Shown here: piece after piece, positions 37,836 through 50,660 of the stretch
Layout: each line of letters opens with the position of its first letter
Position numbering within the stretch: the first letter of the stretch is position 1
From: Antedon mediterranea
Taxonomy: Eukaryota; Animalia; Echinodermata
DNA length: 64,000 nt
Direction: 5' to 3'
NCBI RefSeq assembly: GCF_964355755.1
Contig: NC_092671.1
Span: 21,080,001-21,144,000, forward strand
Made by a program: the position numbers and the translations under genes
The notes under the pieces: generated by a model
What the model saw: only the letters and a program-made list of their open reading frames with translations
Told to the model about the DNA's origin: nothing
Databases searched by the model: none

Positions 37836-40800
37836 TGCATGGGGGAGGGCCATAAGAAAGCTTTACATTTCACACATGCATTGTATACGGTCAAACCATG
37901 GAGGTATAAAAATATTTTTATACCTCCATGGTCAAACCATGATGGAGCCGGTCAAACCATGGAGTACTACCTCCATGGTCAAACCTTACCTGCCGCTGAA
38001 AAAGGGGCCTGGTTTGCCATGTTTATGATATTTCGTGTGCTAATCGAGTCGAATGCAGTTTTAATGATGCACTCTTGGCGTTCCATATCTGTTCGTTTGT
38101 TCGTGTCGACACATTCAGTATCAAATGGCGATATTTCTGTATTTTTTCAATAAATTGCTTGCTTGCGAGTATTATATAAGGTATGGTTTAAAGATCTTTG
38201 GTTATGTTCGGCTTCGGGATGTTATACCATACTTAGGCCTAGGCTAGGCTAGGCTATTATAGGGGTCGTCGGTTTCGTGTTATGGGTCGTCCAATTCTAG
38301 GTCGTCCAATTCGAGGTCGCCCGGGTCGTTGGGGTCGTCCAATTCGAGGTCGTCGCTTACTACACACCCCCCCCCCCCGAAGCCCCCGGAAGCAACGCGT
38401 TCTAGCGTCATTTGAGGTCTTTTTAATCAGATTTAAGGTAGCCATTTTTTCCATTTTTTATAATGCATAAATAAAATACTGCGTGCAAAAAAACGATGCG
38501 CGATGACGGTTTCAATCCATATTTTTCAATTTAAAAAATAAAAGTTCAAAGAAAATTTTGAAAAATAGAGTTGGAGGTCCCGGAAATTGGACTTATTATA
38601 CTTCAAAACATGAAAAAAAATATATAAGTTCCTATCATGGGTTGTGACTGAGCTAAGAAATGTTTGAAAAATAGAGATGTTAGGTCCCGGAAAATGTACT
38701 TCCTTTTCTTCGAAATATGACCAGCTTTATTGTTGGGGCTGAGCTAAGAAAATGTTTAAAACTAGAGCTGCAGGTCTTCAAAAAACTGCATTTTATACTT
38801 TGGAAACATCAGGCCTAGAGGCTTAAAAAACGCAAGCGTAGACCTTTTTCAGTCGGGGAAAAAAGTTTATTCCTCCAAGGTGTATGCATGCGTACCATCT
38901 GGACTTCCGAGTGGTGAGAAATTCATGACATACAGGATATTGAAAATGTAATAACTATAGCTATAATGTTGGCTAAGCGAAAATGGCATGTTTTTTTGTT
39001 TAGTAATGGATGAAAAATTTATTTTAGGTGCCCCACGGTACAGAAGGTTACTTGTAAATTAAAAAATTGGTGAACAAACGAACAATTAACATAATTCGTT
39101 TTTGCTGTAGTGTAGCGTACGTCGATGCAGTACACGACGTAACCGTCGGTAAACTTCGCCTGGAAAATAACACATTACACATTTTGGTCCCTGGATGAAA
39201 CTTGATATCACGCGTCTCGACCCAACGTTGAACGATTCGTACAAAGGGATACCGTCAGACAAGTGCGTACCTAGCTATTGTTTAGTAGTAAGTTAGATCG
39301 CTGGCAATAATGAATGCATATAAAGTGCATAATATCACTCTGACGTACTCTCACGGTCAATGAAACGTCGCGGTTTTCTAGGCGCTGAAGCTAGCTACGA
39401 AGTGAACGCGAACGCTTTTTACTGTATATTATATTCCCCGACAAAAAGTACACGTGTTCCCTGACGTTAAGTTTTTGTCTGTATTTCTCCAGCAAACAAT
39501 TTACCGCGTACCGCGTACATGAAGCGCTAAGCTATTGCTTGTCGTCACATGATCGACTGCGCATGTTTTACATCGAGTTTGTAGTCAGTTCAGATTCCGT
39601 AATTTAATTACCGGTATTTTTTCATTTTATATTAGCATATTTTTGTTTGTATACCATTGATAATGTAAATTTTGTATATATATAATGATATTGTCTTTAG
39701 TTAAACAAGACAAGAAAAAATACCAACCGAGGAAATAGTGGACCTTTTGGGACTTGGGGGGGGGGGGGTGCGTCTGCACCCAACGCACCCCCCCCCCCCT
39801 GGATACGGGCCTGCCAGCAGAGGGAAACCCCCGTAATTACTCCGCCGTTACAACGCACCATCTGAAGATGGGGAAACCCCGGCGGAGTTTTACGATGATA
39901 TCAGTCGCGTTCGAAATCGGTTGCCTTTAATTTTGGTCGCGATAAAATGATGTTATACGATCTAGATCATTTTTACTTTGGTGAATATTTATTATTATTA
40001 TTAGGCCTATATTAATAATATGTAAACATAGTTTAAGATTATAGTATTATCCAGCATAATGTCATTTAACAGTACATAATTATTAAAATGTGAAATATTT
40101 TATAGGAAACGTAGGCTACGTCTGTGTCTTTTATTTTATATGCAACAAATTACGTGAAACAATTTATTTATAAACATTCAGTTTACTATTATTATATACA
40201 TATAACAATGAACATTGATTTTAAGCCGGGAAAGGCAATCCCATCATTATATCCATTATAAAATTGCATCATATCACCACTATGTGTCGTAAATGATGAC
40301 GTGCGTGTGTGTATTCGTCGTACGTCCGTCGTGTACGTATTATTCCGTGCCTCTTCAGTGTCTTGTTTAATTTAAAATTAAATAAACACCCGATATGAGG
40401 ATATTTATTAGGCATGATAATTAGAATGTTCTATAACCAAAAGGGTTGAAAAGAATTTCTTCAGTAAAATTATCATTGTGCTGTTGAATAAAAGGCGACT
40501 CGGCCGCCATCTGAAACATTCTCTGAAACCAATCGGAGCTGCGCCTTCTGGTATCTGTTTCCTCACAGCTGCTACGTCTTTCTGTTGACCGTCGGGGATT
40601 TCCCTTTTTAAAAAACACGCACACGATACTGTACGATGGTTTTTCCATGGTCAAAATGTAGCATTTTAATTTTACTAAAATACCTGCATGTAAAACAATC
40701 ATATCGGCGATGAAATCCTTTTTTTTTATTTCTTCATTTTGAAAAGTCATTATAAAATTAAGACACATAACTTGAACTACTGTAAATCTATACGAAGGCC

Positions 40801-41749
40801 TACTACTAGTACTACACATTTATACATTTATTATATTATCCTAAAAAATTAGCTGGTATCCACGCGTAGGTTGAAGAAAGATTCGTAATTGTGGCTCTGG
40901 TAACTAATTTTAAAATCATATTAAATTAACATTTTCGAAACTATAAATCAGGGATAATCTTTTTAGGGACTATTTTTTTTAATGATTTTTAAAAAGCACA
41001 TCACTCCATTAAAACCTGTAAAATAAAAATTAAAACACAAATTATGTATATAATAGGATAAACATTATAATGTATACGACATTTAGCGCGACCAAAGTAA
41101 CAACGCAATCGATATCAAACGTACCCAATATGATTAAAACCGTGGGCGACTTTGCAATGGGGCGACTTTGCGTTGGGGCGACTTTGCGATGGGGCGAATT
41201 TGCGTTGGGGCGACTTTGTAATGGGGCGACTTTGCGATGGGGCGACTGTGCCGGGGCGACTTTGTTTTGGGGCGACTTTGCGATGAGGCGACTTTGTATT
41301 GGGCGACTTTGTATTGGGCGACTTTGTATGGGGCGACTTTGCGATGGGGCGACTTGACTGGATCCCGGCTCTACTACGAGGCCTTTTTATGCTCATAGGA
41401 TAGCTTTTTTTGCGGCGTACCTAATATAGGCCTATGCCTAAGCCAACTTCCAACCCACCCCATCATACCACCCAAATAATTGGTTGATTTCACGCTAGTA
41501 GGCCTAGCCTAGCTACGATATTCATTATGCCCTGCTAAAAAGGTAGATGCCATAACCTGCTACTATTCTGGTTGCCGAGTGGATTTTATATTGAATATAG
41601 TCTATAACGTTACAAATTGTCTCCAGATAGGAACCTAATGACAGCGATATCGTGTATTAAAAGTACTTAATACAGTCAGATAGGTCTCTGGTAGACTGTC
41701 GACAGCCTTCCAGCTACAGAATCGGGTGGAATGAGTTTGGTTGGTATAT

Positions 41750-43340
41750 TAAGTGATCGAAGAAGCAGTTGTTTCGATATAGTGGAATAAAAAGAATGTG
41801 AAAGAAGTAGATCAAGATAGTTTCCAGTGCTGTGATAATTATGATATTTAATTAGATCAATATTTATATCCTCCATAATGTGACACTTTTTATTTTCAGA
41901 ATCAATTCTACTTAGAACGCTGTCTAGTGATTAGAAAAAAGGTCAATACAACTTCCAGGTGGACGGTGTATTATACCGACAACAGTAGATTTTTTGTTAT
42001 GCCATGTCTGATTTTAACATTCATATCATTATGAACAAATACCACCAAATCTAGTTGACCTATTTTTAGAGAAAAAAGTATAGTTGTGTAAGGAGGGAGT
42101 TGGCGACCTACTACTGAAAAAAATCAATGCTTACAAAAGACGTTTAAGTGGGTCTACTTTAGTTTTAACACTTCTAATGTCCAGATGACAAAGGGAAAAG
42201 TTAGTATTGGAATCATTTTTTAATTAAACTGGTCACAATCATAATGTGAGCAGTTTAATATCAAAAGTTTAATTGATCGTTTAATTAAATCTGTTGACTG
42301 CTCATCAAAATTATCAAGGTTATGAGTGAACAGGATAAAGTTAGGTAGATTTGAAATTACACTAGCAATCATTGAGCTAATACAGTTGAACAATTAATAT
42401 TATATATAATGTACATGACGCAAAAAAAAAAATAAAAATAAAAAATAAATAAATATAAATAATTAATAAAAATATGATTAAGAAAATTATATGCAAGTTC
42501 ATTACAAGGTAAGTCTTATAAATAAATAGTCCATTTCTTTGCTTCTTTGCTCCGCTAAATAATCAGGTCCATGATGGTCCAATATAACACAAGGTACACG
42601 TCTACTAGACCTTCTAAAAGTTGAATATACGATTATATAGGCCTACGTGACAATGTGCGATAAATACTTGAAGAGTTATTCAAATTGCATTCTGATTGAG
42701 TCATTAGGACTACTCACGATAAGGCATTCCATATATATACAATGTGCCGTTACGAAAAGACGGGTGCGTGCCTGCTTGATATGCCTTCGACATTACATCC
42801 TTTAGTTGATGTTTTTTTCACATCAGATATGGGTAGGTCTTCCATGACATAAAAGCTTTTTTTCTTTATATTTTTAGCCTTCGATAGGATAAAGAACCTT
42901 TGCGGTCTACCTGTTCTGTATGTATTTTCAATGGTAACGCCTGCCAAGTCAAGTTCCTTATCCATTAAATTTGATATTTCATCTATCAGATTGTTTTCCT
43001 TCCTTTTCTGGGATGCCTCCAAATCTTAGATTGAAACTCCTAGTACTGTATATCTTTCCATTTTGAGTAATTCCTTTTCCAAAACGCTGATTCTGTCACC
43101 CGTTTCTTTCAGTTCCGATTCAATTGAAGTGACGCTAGCCTCCAGTCCAGTCACTTCCGTTTTTATTTAAGTTGTATTTTCCATTGATTTTCCATAGCAG
43201 ATTGTTTATTTTCTATTTCTTCCATTCTGTTAATCAATACCTGTTGATTATCTTTTATTGATTTATTTCCATTGTCAATTTTTGAGTTAATATCAGCTGC
43301 AAATTTCGGTTTAGCTTTTATAAAATTTGCACAGAAAACA
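41750..43340 (-). mobile_element. Decayed CR1/L2-type LINE 5' part: coiled-coil ORF1 plus AP-endonuclease remnant
   Basis: ORF1 pieces (...RSFNLRFGGIPE...IENTYRTG...YVMEDLP...) followed by APE-like 'VVGIIHRPP...KKCHIMEDINIDLIKY'. Confidence 0.7.
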
Positions 43341-44149
43341 GATTTATATGCTATTATGATCTGAATATCAAGAACATTGTTGTCAGTGTGCTTTCCATTT
43401 TTTGTCCAAAATGAAAATTGTCTGAGCAACAACAAATTAATTATTTTTTAGATACGCGAGGCTAGGCACAAAAAATGACAGAAAAAAAGAACTGACATGA
43501 ACTCGTCACTTTGAGTTAGTTGGAATATTGCATATAGAAAAAGATTATACCATTATGACCTTAGCTGAAGAATACGATATGTTGTTAGTGCTGAATTCTG
43601 TCTATTTTGTGTCTTATACTATATACAGTATACACAGTAATAATCTGTATACATATTACATACAGTGTAGAATAGGTGAAATTACGGGACCCGCCATTTA
43701 TTCCAATTTTTAACATGGTGACGGTATCAAAATAAAACACGGAGATAGCAATTTCAGAAAATTATCTCAGCAACAACATATTAACGTGTAGAAGAAATTT
43801 GAGTACACAAAATATAGATGCGTGCTCTCTTAAAAATGTGATGAACTACCCCAGAGGCATTTGGTTAGATGAGTGATTGGCATCCTTATACCAGTATCAC
43901 AGAACGACAGACTTTTTGTTTGCTGCAATAGGCCCGCCAGACCCCCCGAGGGAGGGCCGAAAATGAGGATAGCATAGATAAGTGAGGTACCACTCAAAAT
44001 TAATGCCAAATGAACAAGGCCTTATAGAAAACAATATGTTGCCCAATGCTTTTTAGAAGAGTATAATAATAATTTGTAACATAATGTGGTTATTATGTAC
44101 ATAAAACTCCACTGCCAACAATTGTTTTTTGTAATGTACAGAGTATAAG

Positions 44150-46875
44150 AAACAAAATAGATAAACTAAGAGCGAACGTAAAGTTCTTAACGGTTTTTCG
44201 CGAGTCGAGCATGATTTGTTTGTTAGAAACATGGCTGACGGATAATGATCCAGATTCCTCAGTTGATCTTGACGATTACACATTGATTAGAATGGATAGA
44301 AATGAAAATTCAGGTAAAAACAAAGGAGGTGGCGTGTGTGCTTATTTAAGTGAAAAATACTGCAAACCATCGCATATCACTGTAAGGAGTGAAGTATGTA
44401 ATAAGGACATTGAATTGCTTGCGATTGATATGCGCCCATATTACCTCCCAAGCGAGATCAAGTGAAGGTGTTTGTGGTCTATATCCCACCATCAGCAGAC
44501 ATTAATATAGCAGCAACCACAGTATATGATCTCATTTCTGAAGCAGAAAATAATTCGCCTGAAGCAGCTAAATTCAACATGGGGGATTTCAACTCATGTT
44601 CATTAAAAGAATACCTACCTACATACCAGCAATATGTTGATTGTCCAACACGCAACAATACATGTATCGACCTTTGTTATGGAAATATTGATGGTGCATA
44701 CAAGTGTAAAGCTATGGCAGGTCTTGGCAAATCTGACCACAATATGATCAGCCTCTTTCCAATATATAAAACCCGTCTTTGTGATAAACCCTCAAAGAAG
44801 AAAATAAAGGTGAAACGTTGGACTGAGGATGCCAGCGAGACACTTAAAGGGTATTTTGAATGCACAATCGGGGATGTATTAACGGAAAATGCAGAAAATT
44901 TGAGCGAAGCGACCCTCGTTTTATCCGAATACGTAAGATTCTGTGAGGAAATTATAATACCTGTATCAAGAATTAAGGTTTTTTCTAATAATAAACATTG
45001 GGTGTCCAAAGAACTCAAAGGACTCCTTAATGAGAAAAAGAAATGATTTTATTGACGGAGAGAAAGAGAAGCGGAAAGATATACAGAGGCAAATCAAGCG
45101 GAAAATTTCTGAATGCAAAAAGTAATATAAAAATTAAATTGAAAGGTCCTTCCGAAATCGTGACTCATCTAAGGTTTGGCAAGGTATGCAGAATATTACT
45201 GGTTATAAACCGAAGGCAAAGAGTGTTGTTGTTGACTATGAAAAGAAATATGCAAATGATTTAAATGCCTTCTACAACAGATTTGATAAAGTGGACGTTC
45301 GCTTGAACATGAGGGAAACAACAAAACGCGTTAGTAAACTGCCGGTGCCCTCGGAAAATTTTCAAATCACTGTGGACGAAGTGAACTTATTATTTAAAAA
45401 AATTAACCCACGTAAGGCAAAATGTTCCGATAATATTAGTTGTAAGACTCTTAAAATGTGTGCCGATCAGTTGGCCATTCCTTTTCGTAAACTTTTTCAA
45501 TCCTCTGTAAATGACTCAATAGTTCCAATGTTGTGGAAAAAATCAACAATCATGCCCATTCCCAAAAAAACTAAATCCCAAGGAAATGAATTACCTTAGA
45601 CCCGTGGCCCTTACATGTGTACCAATGAAGTGTTTGGAAAAATTTTTTAAAAGTAAGCTAGTTGCCTCAGTGGAGAATCTGCTAGATATAAATCAATTTG
45701 CATATCGTCCAAACAGGTGTGTTGAGGATGCAGTGCTTCTGCTCCTTAATAATGTTTCTGAGCACTTAGAGAAAAAAGGTTGCTTTGCGAGAATTCTTTT
45801 TGTTGATTTCTCAAGTGCTTTCAATAATATTCAACCATATGTTCTGGCTAATAAGCTTATCAATCTAGAGGTTAACCCACTGATTATAAAATGGCTACTT
45901 AATTTTTTAAAAGATAGAGAACAGCGTGTTAAGCTAAATTAAATGTTGTCCTCGTTTTTTAAAGTTAACATGGGTGTTCCACAAGGTTGTGTGTTGTCAC
46001 CTTTATTGTATACAATATACAAATAATACAAAAACTACACTGCTCTGATTGGTTATCTGGATTCAAAAGATGATTTAATGACAGGCTTCTTAGACAGTAT
46101 TAATATTTTTCACGAATGGTGTAAAGATAATTTTTTAGATCTAAATATTAATAAAACTAAAGAGATGGTTTTTGATTTTCGAAAGAAGATAAATTACCTT
46201 CCCAAGATCAAAATAAATGGTGAGACCATTTTGGAAGTTAAAACTTACAAATATTTAGGGGTTGAAATTGATAATGAACTTAAATTTGATGCAAATAGTA
46301 GGTGCATATACAATAAATTACAAAAACGTCTCTTCTTTCTACGCAAATTAAACTCTTTTAAAATTGACCGTACTATTTTACAACTTTTTTATACTTCTAT
46401 CTTAAACAGTGTACTTAGTTTTTGCCTTATATGTTATTATGGTAATTCACGTTTTAAAGATAGACTTTTACTTAATAAAATAGTTAAACAAGGCAGTAGA
46501 ATAGTAGGCTCTTAACAAAAAGGAATTAGTAATTAAAAAATTGAAAATTATTTTAAAAGACCACGCTCACCTTCTGCACTATAACTTTAACAAAAGTCAA
46601 CGTAGTGACAGACTCCTTCAAAGAAAAATTAAAACAAATAGATATGGCAATTCATTCGTCCCTGGTGCAATACGATTTTATAATGGATGACATGCGCTAG
46701 TTTGATTTATTGTGGTATTTTAATCGACATTTTAGGATTTTATATGTATATTTTGTATGGCTTTTATATCGTATTTTATATTTTATGTACTGTATCCATT
46801 TTATATTTGTATGTACTGTATTTTGAAAAGGCCAACAGAGTTTCCCCATGGGGATAATACAATTTTAATTGAATT
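44150..46875 (+). mobile_element. Rex1/Babar-like LINE, 5'-truncated, ORF (APE+RT) disrupted
   Basis: ETWL, GGGVC, RPYYLP, VYIPPSA, GDFN, SDHN, RPVALT..MKCLE, QFAYR, LFVDFSSAFN, GVPQGCVLSPLL; many frameshifts; YADD region deleted near 46025; tail TTCCCCATGGGATAA. Confidence 0.88.
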
Positions 46876-47391
46876 AATATTTAAACATAATTCTGACCAA
46901 ACCCAGTAGTATTAAATAAAAATAACCTTTACAATGAAAGTTTTCATTTTATTTAAATATTTCTTTGTTATATAAATCCAAAGGCAAATTACTGAAAAAA
47001 TGACAATGCTGTGGCTGGATCTCAATGGAGATACAAAAAAAAAGCGAATCATTATTTTTTTACCTAAAATTGTATGTAAAGTAGGCCTATAAATAGTTCA
47101 GTATATGTACTGTCCCTATAGAAAAAAGGTATTTAACGTTATTTCTGTAAAAGTACAGCGTTTAGTAGTCAGTAAAATATGTTTTAGGTACATTCCAACC
47201 ATATCATACGTTGACAAGTTTTTATTATTTGGCTTATATAAGTTTTAAGTGAAACTCTTAAAACTATTTTTCCCTTTAGAATGGTAATGATCATTTTATC
47301 GTAATGGATGGGATATATTATCAAATGTTTTGTGTTTGTTCGATTAAAGTTAAACTTTATTCAATTAAACATGTTGTTTTGGGTTTTTTTT

Positions 47392-47790
47392 TTGCTGCTG
47401 GTGGTATCTACAATATCTAAGGTAGGCTATACTTGGGGTAAATGGGGTTTCTAGTCGAACTTTAGAGGGGTCTGCCAGGGCCAAGGCAGTGTACAGATAG
47501 TCTGTAATTGGTCATTTGGTATTGCTTACATTGGGCTAAATCATATAACATTGGTTGCTGGTGGTATCTACAATATCTATGCTGGGCTTGTTGGGAAAGG
47601 GGGGTCTCTAGTCTAACTTTAGAGGGGTCTGCCAGGGCCAAGGCAGTGTACAGATAGTCTGTAATAGGTCATTTGGTATTGCTTACATTGTGCTAAATCA
47701 TATAACATTGGTTGCTAGTGGTATCTACAATATCTAAGCTGGGCTAGTTGGGGGAAGGGGGTTTCTAGTCTAACTTTAGGGTGTCTGGCA
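47392..47790. repeat. ~160-bp tandem repeat (about 2.5 units) in the subterminal region of the CCCAG element
   Basis: TTGCTGGTGGTATCTACAATATCTA...GGGGTCTGCCAGGGCCAAGGCAGTGTACAG repeated. Confidence 0.85.
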
Positions 47791-48097
47791 CTTGCGGTGC
47801 AGCAGACAAAAAGTCTGTCGTTTGTGATACTGGTGTAAGGATGCCAATGGGTATCCCATGGTGGTAAAATTAGGTGGTATCTCTCTCATTTAACCAGTGC
47901 CTATTTTTTAGCACCTTTCGGGGTCCCCCTCCCCCCAGTCTAGACGCAGCAGGGGGTATCCGGCAGACTCCCATTTTAATTTACATAAAGTGACCCCCAA
48001 CACATTTTAATAGTCAGATATTGGTACCTAGCTCATCTAACCAAATGTCTCTGGGCTGCCTGTCTATATGGTGCAAAAGATGAAAATACTACATTTT

Positions 48098-48846
48098 TAG
48101 TCGCGTGGAAGCGACTCTATAGTTCACTATGTCGGTTTGTCGGTCTGTCGGTCTGTCGGTCCGGTATCACTATGCGTTTTATCACTTTCTGACCTTATCT
48201 TGATATCAGTTTAATCTAGCTAGGTCAATTTTTCACAGTATATTCCTTATGGCCAGGAATCGATGTGGTTATGTTTTCACGGTGCGCAATAAAAAATTAC
48301 GCGGTCTACGCACGATTTAACGAAATCACGTTTGTAATCATATCTTCACAACCATGAATCACAATTAAATAAAATTTGGTACTCATAAATTTCAGGGCAT
48401 AAATCATCATATGGCAATACAATTACGTGCGTAGCGCATGTAACGCATGCGTACGCGCGCTTAACATTTTCAAAATTTATTTTCGATGAAATAAGTGTAC
48501 GTTTCAGGCAATTTTAAGCGTTTACAAAATTGCCATGAGTGCGCATATTTTTGCGCGCGCACTGCGCGTTAAATGTTATTGCGCACTCTTTTTGCCCGAT
48601 TTCTGTTTTCTTGACTTACTTTTCAACTCGAAATCACGTTATACGGGCACGTCAAAAGTGACAGGCTACGCACGTGTAAATTAAAAAAATATAAATGTTT
48701 TTAAACATTTCAACATTTTTAAACATGTTCAGTAATTTCGGTCACTATAGTTCACTATGTCGGTCGGTCGGTCTGTCTGTCGGTCTGTCTGTCGGTCCGG
48801 TATCACTATGCATTGTAGCACGCGACTTAATGGCTGTTGGCCTTGT
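48098..48846 (+). mobile_element. DINE-1/HINE-like element, family B
   Basis: TTTTTAGTCGCGTGGAAGCGACTCTATAG head, (GTCG/GTCT)n microsatellite, 3' subTIR CACGCGACTTA plus short hairpin, inserted in a T run. Confidence 0.8.
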
Positions 48847-49535
48847 TTTATTCAACTGGCCATATGATAACGTCACAACATCTGATTTGCAAAATGTTCA
48901 CATGAATTTGTATCTTCAATCCAATAGCTTCTGTCATATTGTGACAGCTATAACAGATTGAATTAAATTGAAAATAAGTGACCCACCTTATTAAATTTTT
49001 TAGACATTATGACGTCATCAAAATTAAAATATTTTTAACTCATGTGAAAGACAGTTGATTGACCTAGACAATATTAAAATCTCGGGAGAAATGGAATATG
49101 GATAAGCCATGAGACTCAAACCTATTTATTTATTTATTTATTTATTTATTTTGAATTACACCTTTAGATCGGTGGCACACTTAGCACAAAGGTGCATCCT
49201 TCACAATATAAAATATAACAATTAACAGAAAAGTAAAAAAAGGCAAAAGCAACTATCAACCCCTATCCTACCCCCCCCCCCCCTAATTTACATCGATACA
49301 TACAGTAGATCATTACTTTACACAATGAATACAAAACAAGATATAGTAAAAGTGTATAAAATAAAATAAAATAAAATCAGCTGATAAAAACAGCTTATTA
49401 CGAAAAACCCCCAACTCCTCCCCCCCCCACTTTTTTTTCAATTTACTTAATGTAGCAATGTAGATAACATAGTGGAATACACTCATCTTGGCTAGAAATT
49501 AACGAGGCAAAAAATTTGCTACAAATTTCATTACG

Positions 49536-49995
49536 TTGTTGTTGTTAACGTTTTCCGTCTTCCGACATTACGCTTTCCACAATTTGTTTCCATTTTTTTC
49601 TGTTTATGGCAGGATGGTTTGTTATTGTGTTAGTGTCTACTAGTCCTTGTAAGTCTTTCTTTATTTGATTCATCCAGTTATTTCTTGGTCTTCCTACGGG
49701 TCGTTTTACTTTCCTGTTAGTTTCCTTCATTGTTTGTTTGATCATCCGGTAATCTAATTATGTGTCCATACCATTTTAGTCTCCTTCGTTTAATTCTTTT
49801 ACTCCATTCTTCTTGTTTTGTTATCTCGTATATTTTACACACTCTATCTGTTAATTTAATATCTATCATCTTTCGCAACATTTTCCTGTTATATATATCT
49901 ATACTCTCTTGTAATTTTTTGTTTAGTACCCAGAGTTCACTGTTATATAAGAAAATACTTGCTATATATGCGTAAAACAAACGGGATTTCATAAT
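49536..49995 (-). mobile_element. RTE-clade LINE 3' end with (CAA)n tail
   Basis: LYNSELW...RKMLRKM...IKRRRLKWYGHIIR...RPVGRPRNNW; GTTGTTGTTGTT at 49536. Confidence 0.8.
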
Positions 49996-50094
49996 GCTAT
50001 GTTTACGTACATTTAACTGTATTAAGTTACACTGATCAAGAGCTAGATTATAGTGTGAAAACAGAGGCCCTAGAATAATTTTACAAGCTCGCTT

Positions 50095-50660
50095 TTGGAT
50101 TCAAGTTGGGTAAGACCAGAATGCCACACAGGAGCAGCGTATTCAGTTAAGGGTCTGATATACCCAGTGTAAATAGTTAATAAGTCAACAATTGGCGTTT
50201 TGAATCGCTTAAGTACTTTCAACATATATAATCTACCATTAGCTTTGCTAAGCACTTTAGTGATATGAGAGCTCCATTTAAGATCAGAACTAATGTTAAC
50301 GCCTAAGATTGTAGTATTATTCACAATGTGCAACGGCTGTCCATCAATGTTGACAACCTGATTAACATTTTCTCATACATTTACACTCATAACTAAACAT
50401 TGCTAGGATTAAGTTTCATATTATTAACTGTCGCCCATTGCGATAGTTCGTTTAAGTGATTTTGCATAAAGCTAGGTTGTTTGCTAAGACGGGGTTCGAC
50501 AATGGTAATATTATCAACATACTTAAATACGTCAATCGTCTTATCGTAAAAAACATCATTAACCATGGCAAGGAAGCAGAGGGGTCCTAAGCTGGTACCT
50601 TGAGGGACACCTCCATGAATGTATTCCCATTCACTAATGGTGCCTAGATATCTAACACAT
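50095..50660 (-). mobile_element. CR1/L2-type LINE RT fragment
   Basis: GVPQGTSLGPLCF...KYVDN...LGVNISSDLKWSSHI...YIRPLTEYAAPVWH. Confidence 0.8.

Larger units (their letters stand above)
33290..38369. mobile_element. Nest level 3: MULE-like element with ~310-bp TIRs
   Basis: GGGTGTGTAGAAAGCGACGACCTCGAATTGG... mirrored at 38048-38369; CCCGAAGCC on both flanks (right copy follows a poly-C run). Confidence 0.85.
32952..39813. mobile_element. Nest level 2: hAT-like non-autonomous element, 6-bp TSD
   Basis: CAGGCCCGTATGCAG / CTGGATACGGGCCTG; CCAGCA on both flanks. Confidence 0.8.
32687..41365. mobile_element. Nest level 1: MULE-like non-autonomous element
   Basis: Ends GGATGCTAGTCAAGTCGCCCCATCGCAAAGTCGCCCCA / TGGGGCGACTTTGCGATGGGGCGACTTGACTGGATCC; flanks (T/C)GGCTCTAC; ~15-bp GGGCGACTTTG subterminal array at 41144-41357. 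Confidence 0.8.
43849..48055. mobile_element. TIR DNA element (CCCAG termini) containing a LINE
   Basis: CCCAGAGGCATTTGGTTAGATGAG / CTCATCTAACCAAATGTCTCTGGG plus a second IR block TTGGCATCCTTATACCAGTATCACA / TGTGATACTGGTGTAAGGATGCCAA; TSD not clear. Confidence 0.7.
43494..49110 (-). mobile_element. Family-A Helentron-type copy interrupted by two insertions
   Basis: rc 3' hairpin at 43494; the sequence GATGAACTA|...TGCAAAAGATGAAAATAC...|TCAACTGGCCATATGA continues the reverse complement of 12740-13110 across the insertions. Confidence 0.7.

Noticed and set aside
40421-40819. 132-aa minus-strand ORF inside the outer MULE-like element
   Set aside because: Might be a transposase tail remnant, but no diagnostic motif is recognisable.
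41070-41396. GRLC/KSP repeat proteins on both strands; similar ORFs at 33161-33382 and 38257-38470
   Set aside because: Translations of subterminal tandem repeats of TIR elements.
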